This document shows, piece by piece, positions 63,391-64,000 of a stretch of 64,000 bases of DNA. The notes under the pieces are model-generated. The model searched no databases. It was not told the origin of the DNA and saw only the letters and a list, made by a program, of their open reading frames with translations. The stretch's first letter is position 1, and each line of letters begins with the position of its first letter. Made by a program: the position numbers and the translations under genes. Source of the DNA: a virus; the IMG/VR virus record IMGVR_UViG_3300037483_001170, positions 42,781 to 106,780 of that record. One strand, written 5' to 3'.

Positions 63391-64000
63391 AAAGGCCTCA
63401 TTGAGAGATAGACGCTCAGATCGCGCGCTCCGACTGGCACCTGCGCTGCGACAGAGACGAAAAATAGATCATCCACGAGTACGTCGGCTGGCACCGGCAC
63501 AGCCATGGCCGTACTAAATGCGTTCGGCGCCGCCGTTGTAACACCAAGCACGCCGAGCGATGCCACAACACCTGAGCGGACTCGATAGCATTCGACACTC
63601 ACGGTACCCGTAACAAGCGGCGGCGTCCGCAATAGAAGTCGCATTGCATACAAGCTGCCTGACTGCTCTGCGTAACGCGTGCCATCGAACGGGCCATCTC
63701 CAGACAAGGCAGGATTTGTCACCAGGAACCCGTCGAAAGTTGCAGCCTGCCATGACGCGAACTCCAGCTGCTCGTTCAGATTCCATACAAACGGCGTGGC
63801 CGCTGTGATAGGAGACCACGTGGCGTCACCGCCACCAGCGGTGCCGACGACGGTGCACAGGTAGAGACCGACACCCGTCACGTCAGCGATATGGCCGACG
63901 CGCAGGTTCACGAACTTGTCCGCAACGAGAATGTTGCCCGCGCCGTTCGGCAGCGTCGCCGCCGTGGCATACACGCCCCAGTGCACCTGGAACTGCTGAA
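63387..64000 (-). CDS. putative virion/tail-associated protein (5' end beyond window)
   Basis: Frame open to the window end; beta-rich; ATGA-coupled to the structural gene. Confidence 0.55.
   Translation of the reverse strand, partial: QQFQVHWGVYATAATLPNGAGNILVADKFVNLRVGHIADVTGVGLYLCTVVGTAGGGDATWSPITAATPFVWNLNEQLEFASWQAATFDGFLVTNPALSGDGPFDGTRYAEQSGSLYAMRLLLRTPPLVTGTVSVECYRVRSGVVASLGVLGVTTAAPNAFSTAMAVPVPADVLVDDLFFVSVAAQVPVGARDLSVYLSMRPL

Noticed and set aside
1-64000. tRNA, rRNA, CRISPR array, IS transposase, capsid/terminase/portal genes
   Set aside because: None recognised by eye. tRNAscan/Infernal and HMM searches would be needed to exclude divergent ones.

Overview
A 64-kb, high-GC (roughly two-thirds by eye), gene-dense segment of a large dsDNA bacteriophage genome or phage-like element, probably infecting Myxococcota (Polyangia-like). 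No capsid, terminase, portal, rRNA, tRNA or CRISPR array was recognised. Genes are short, mostly hypothetical and often translationally coupled through ATGA/GTGA/TGATG overlaps. Recognisable genes: groES, a SAM methyltransferase, a GHKL ATPase, an AAA+ ATPase, a minimal nucleotidyltransferase, an NAD+ salvage module (NAMPT, ADP-ribosylglycohydrolase, NadM-Nudix), an Rnl2 RNA ligase with cyclic-phosphate receiver domains, two dual-specificity phosphatases, HNH nucleases, a DNA methyltransferase, a YggL homologue, a 5'-3' exonuclease, a tyrosine recombinase, several peptidoglycan hydrolases and virion-type proteins at the right end. Two patterns are not explained by standard annotation. (1) A promoter-leader cassette occurs seven times in the putative early region (7.2-15.2 kb): TTGACA-N16/17-TAnnnT, then a 5-6 bp hairpin with an A/C-rich hexaloop whose stem varies while keeping pairing, then the SD. 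(2) A dispersed family of small or enzyme-bearing membrane proteins shares MSY starts, xGLG/GFGQ motifs, a C-terminal TM helix and a hydrophobic-x-x-Asn plus poly-Arg tail, and is often leaderless. This suggests an undescribed virion sorting or maturation system. All family assignments come from motif recognition by eye, not database searches.
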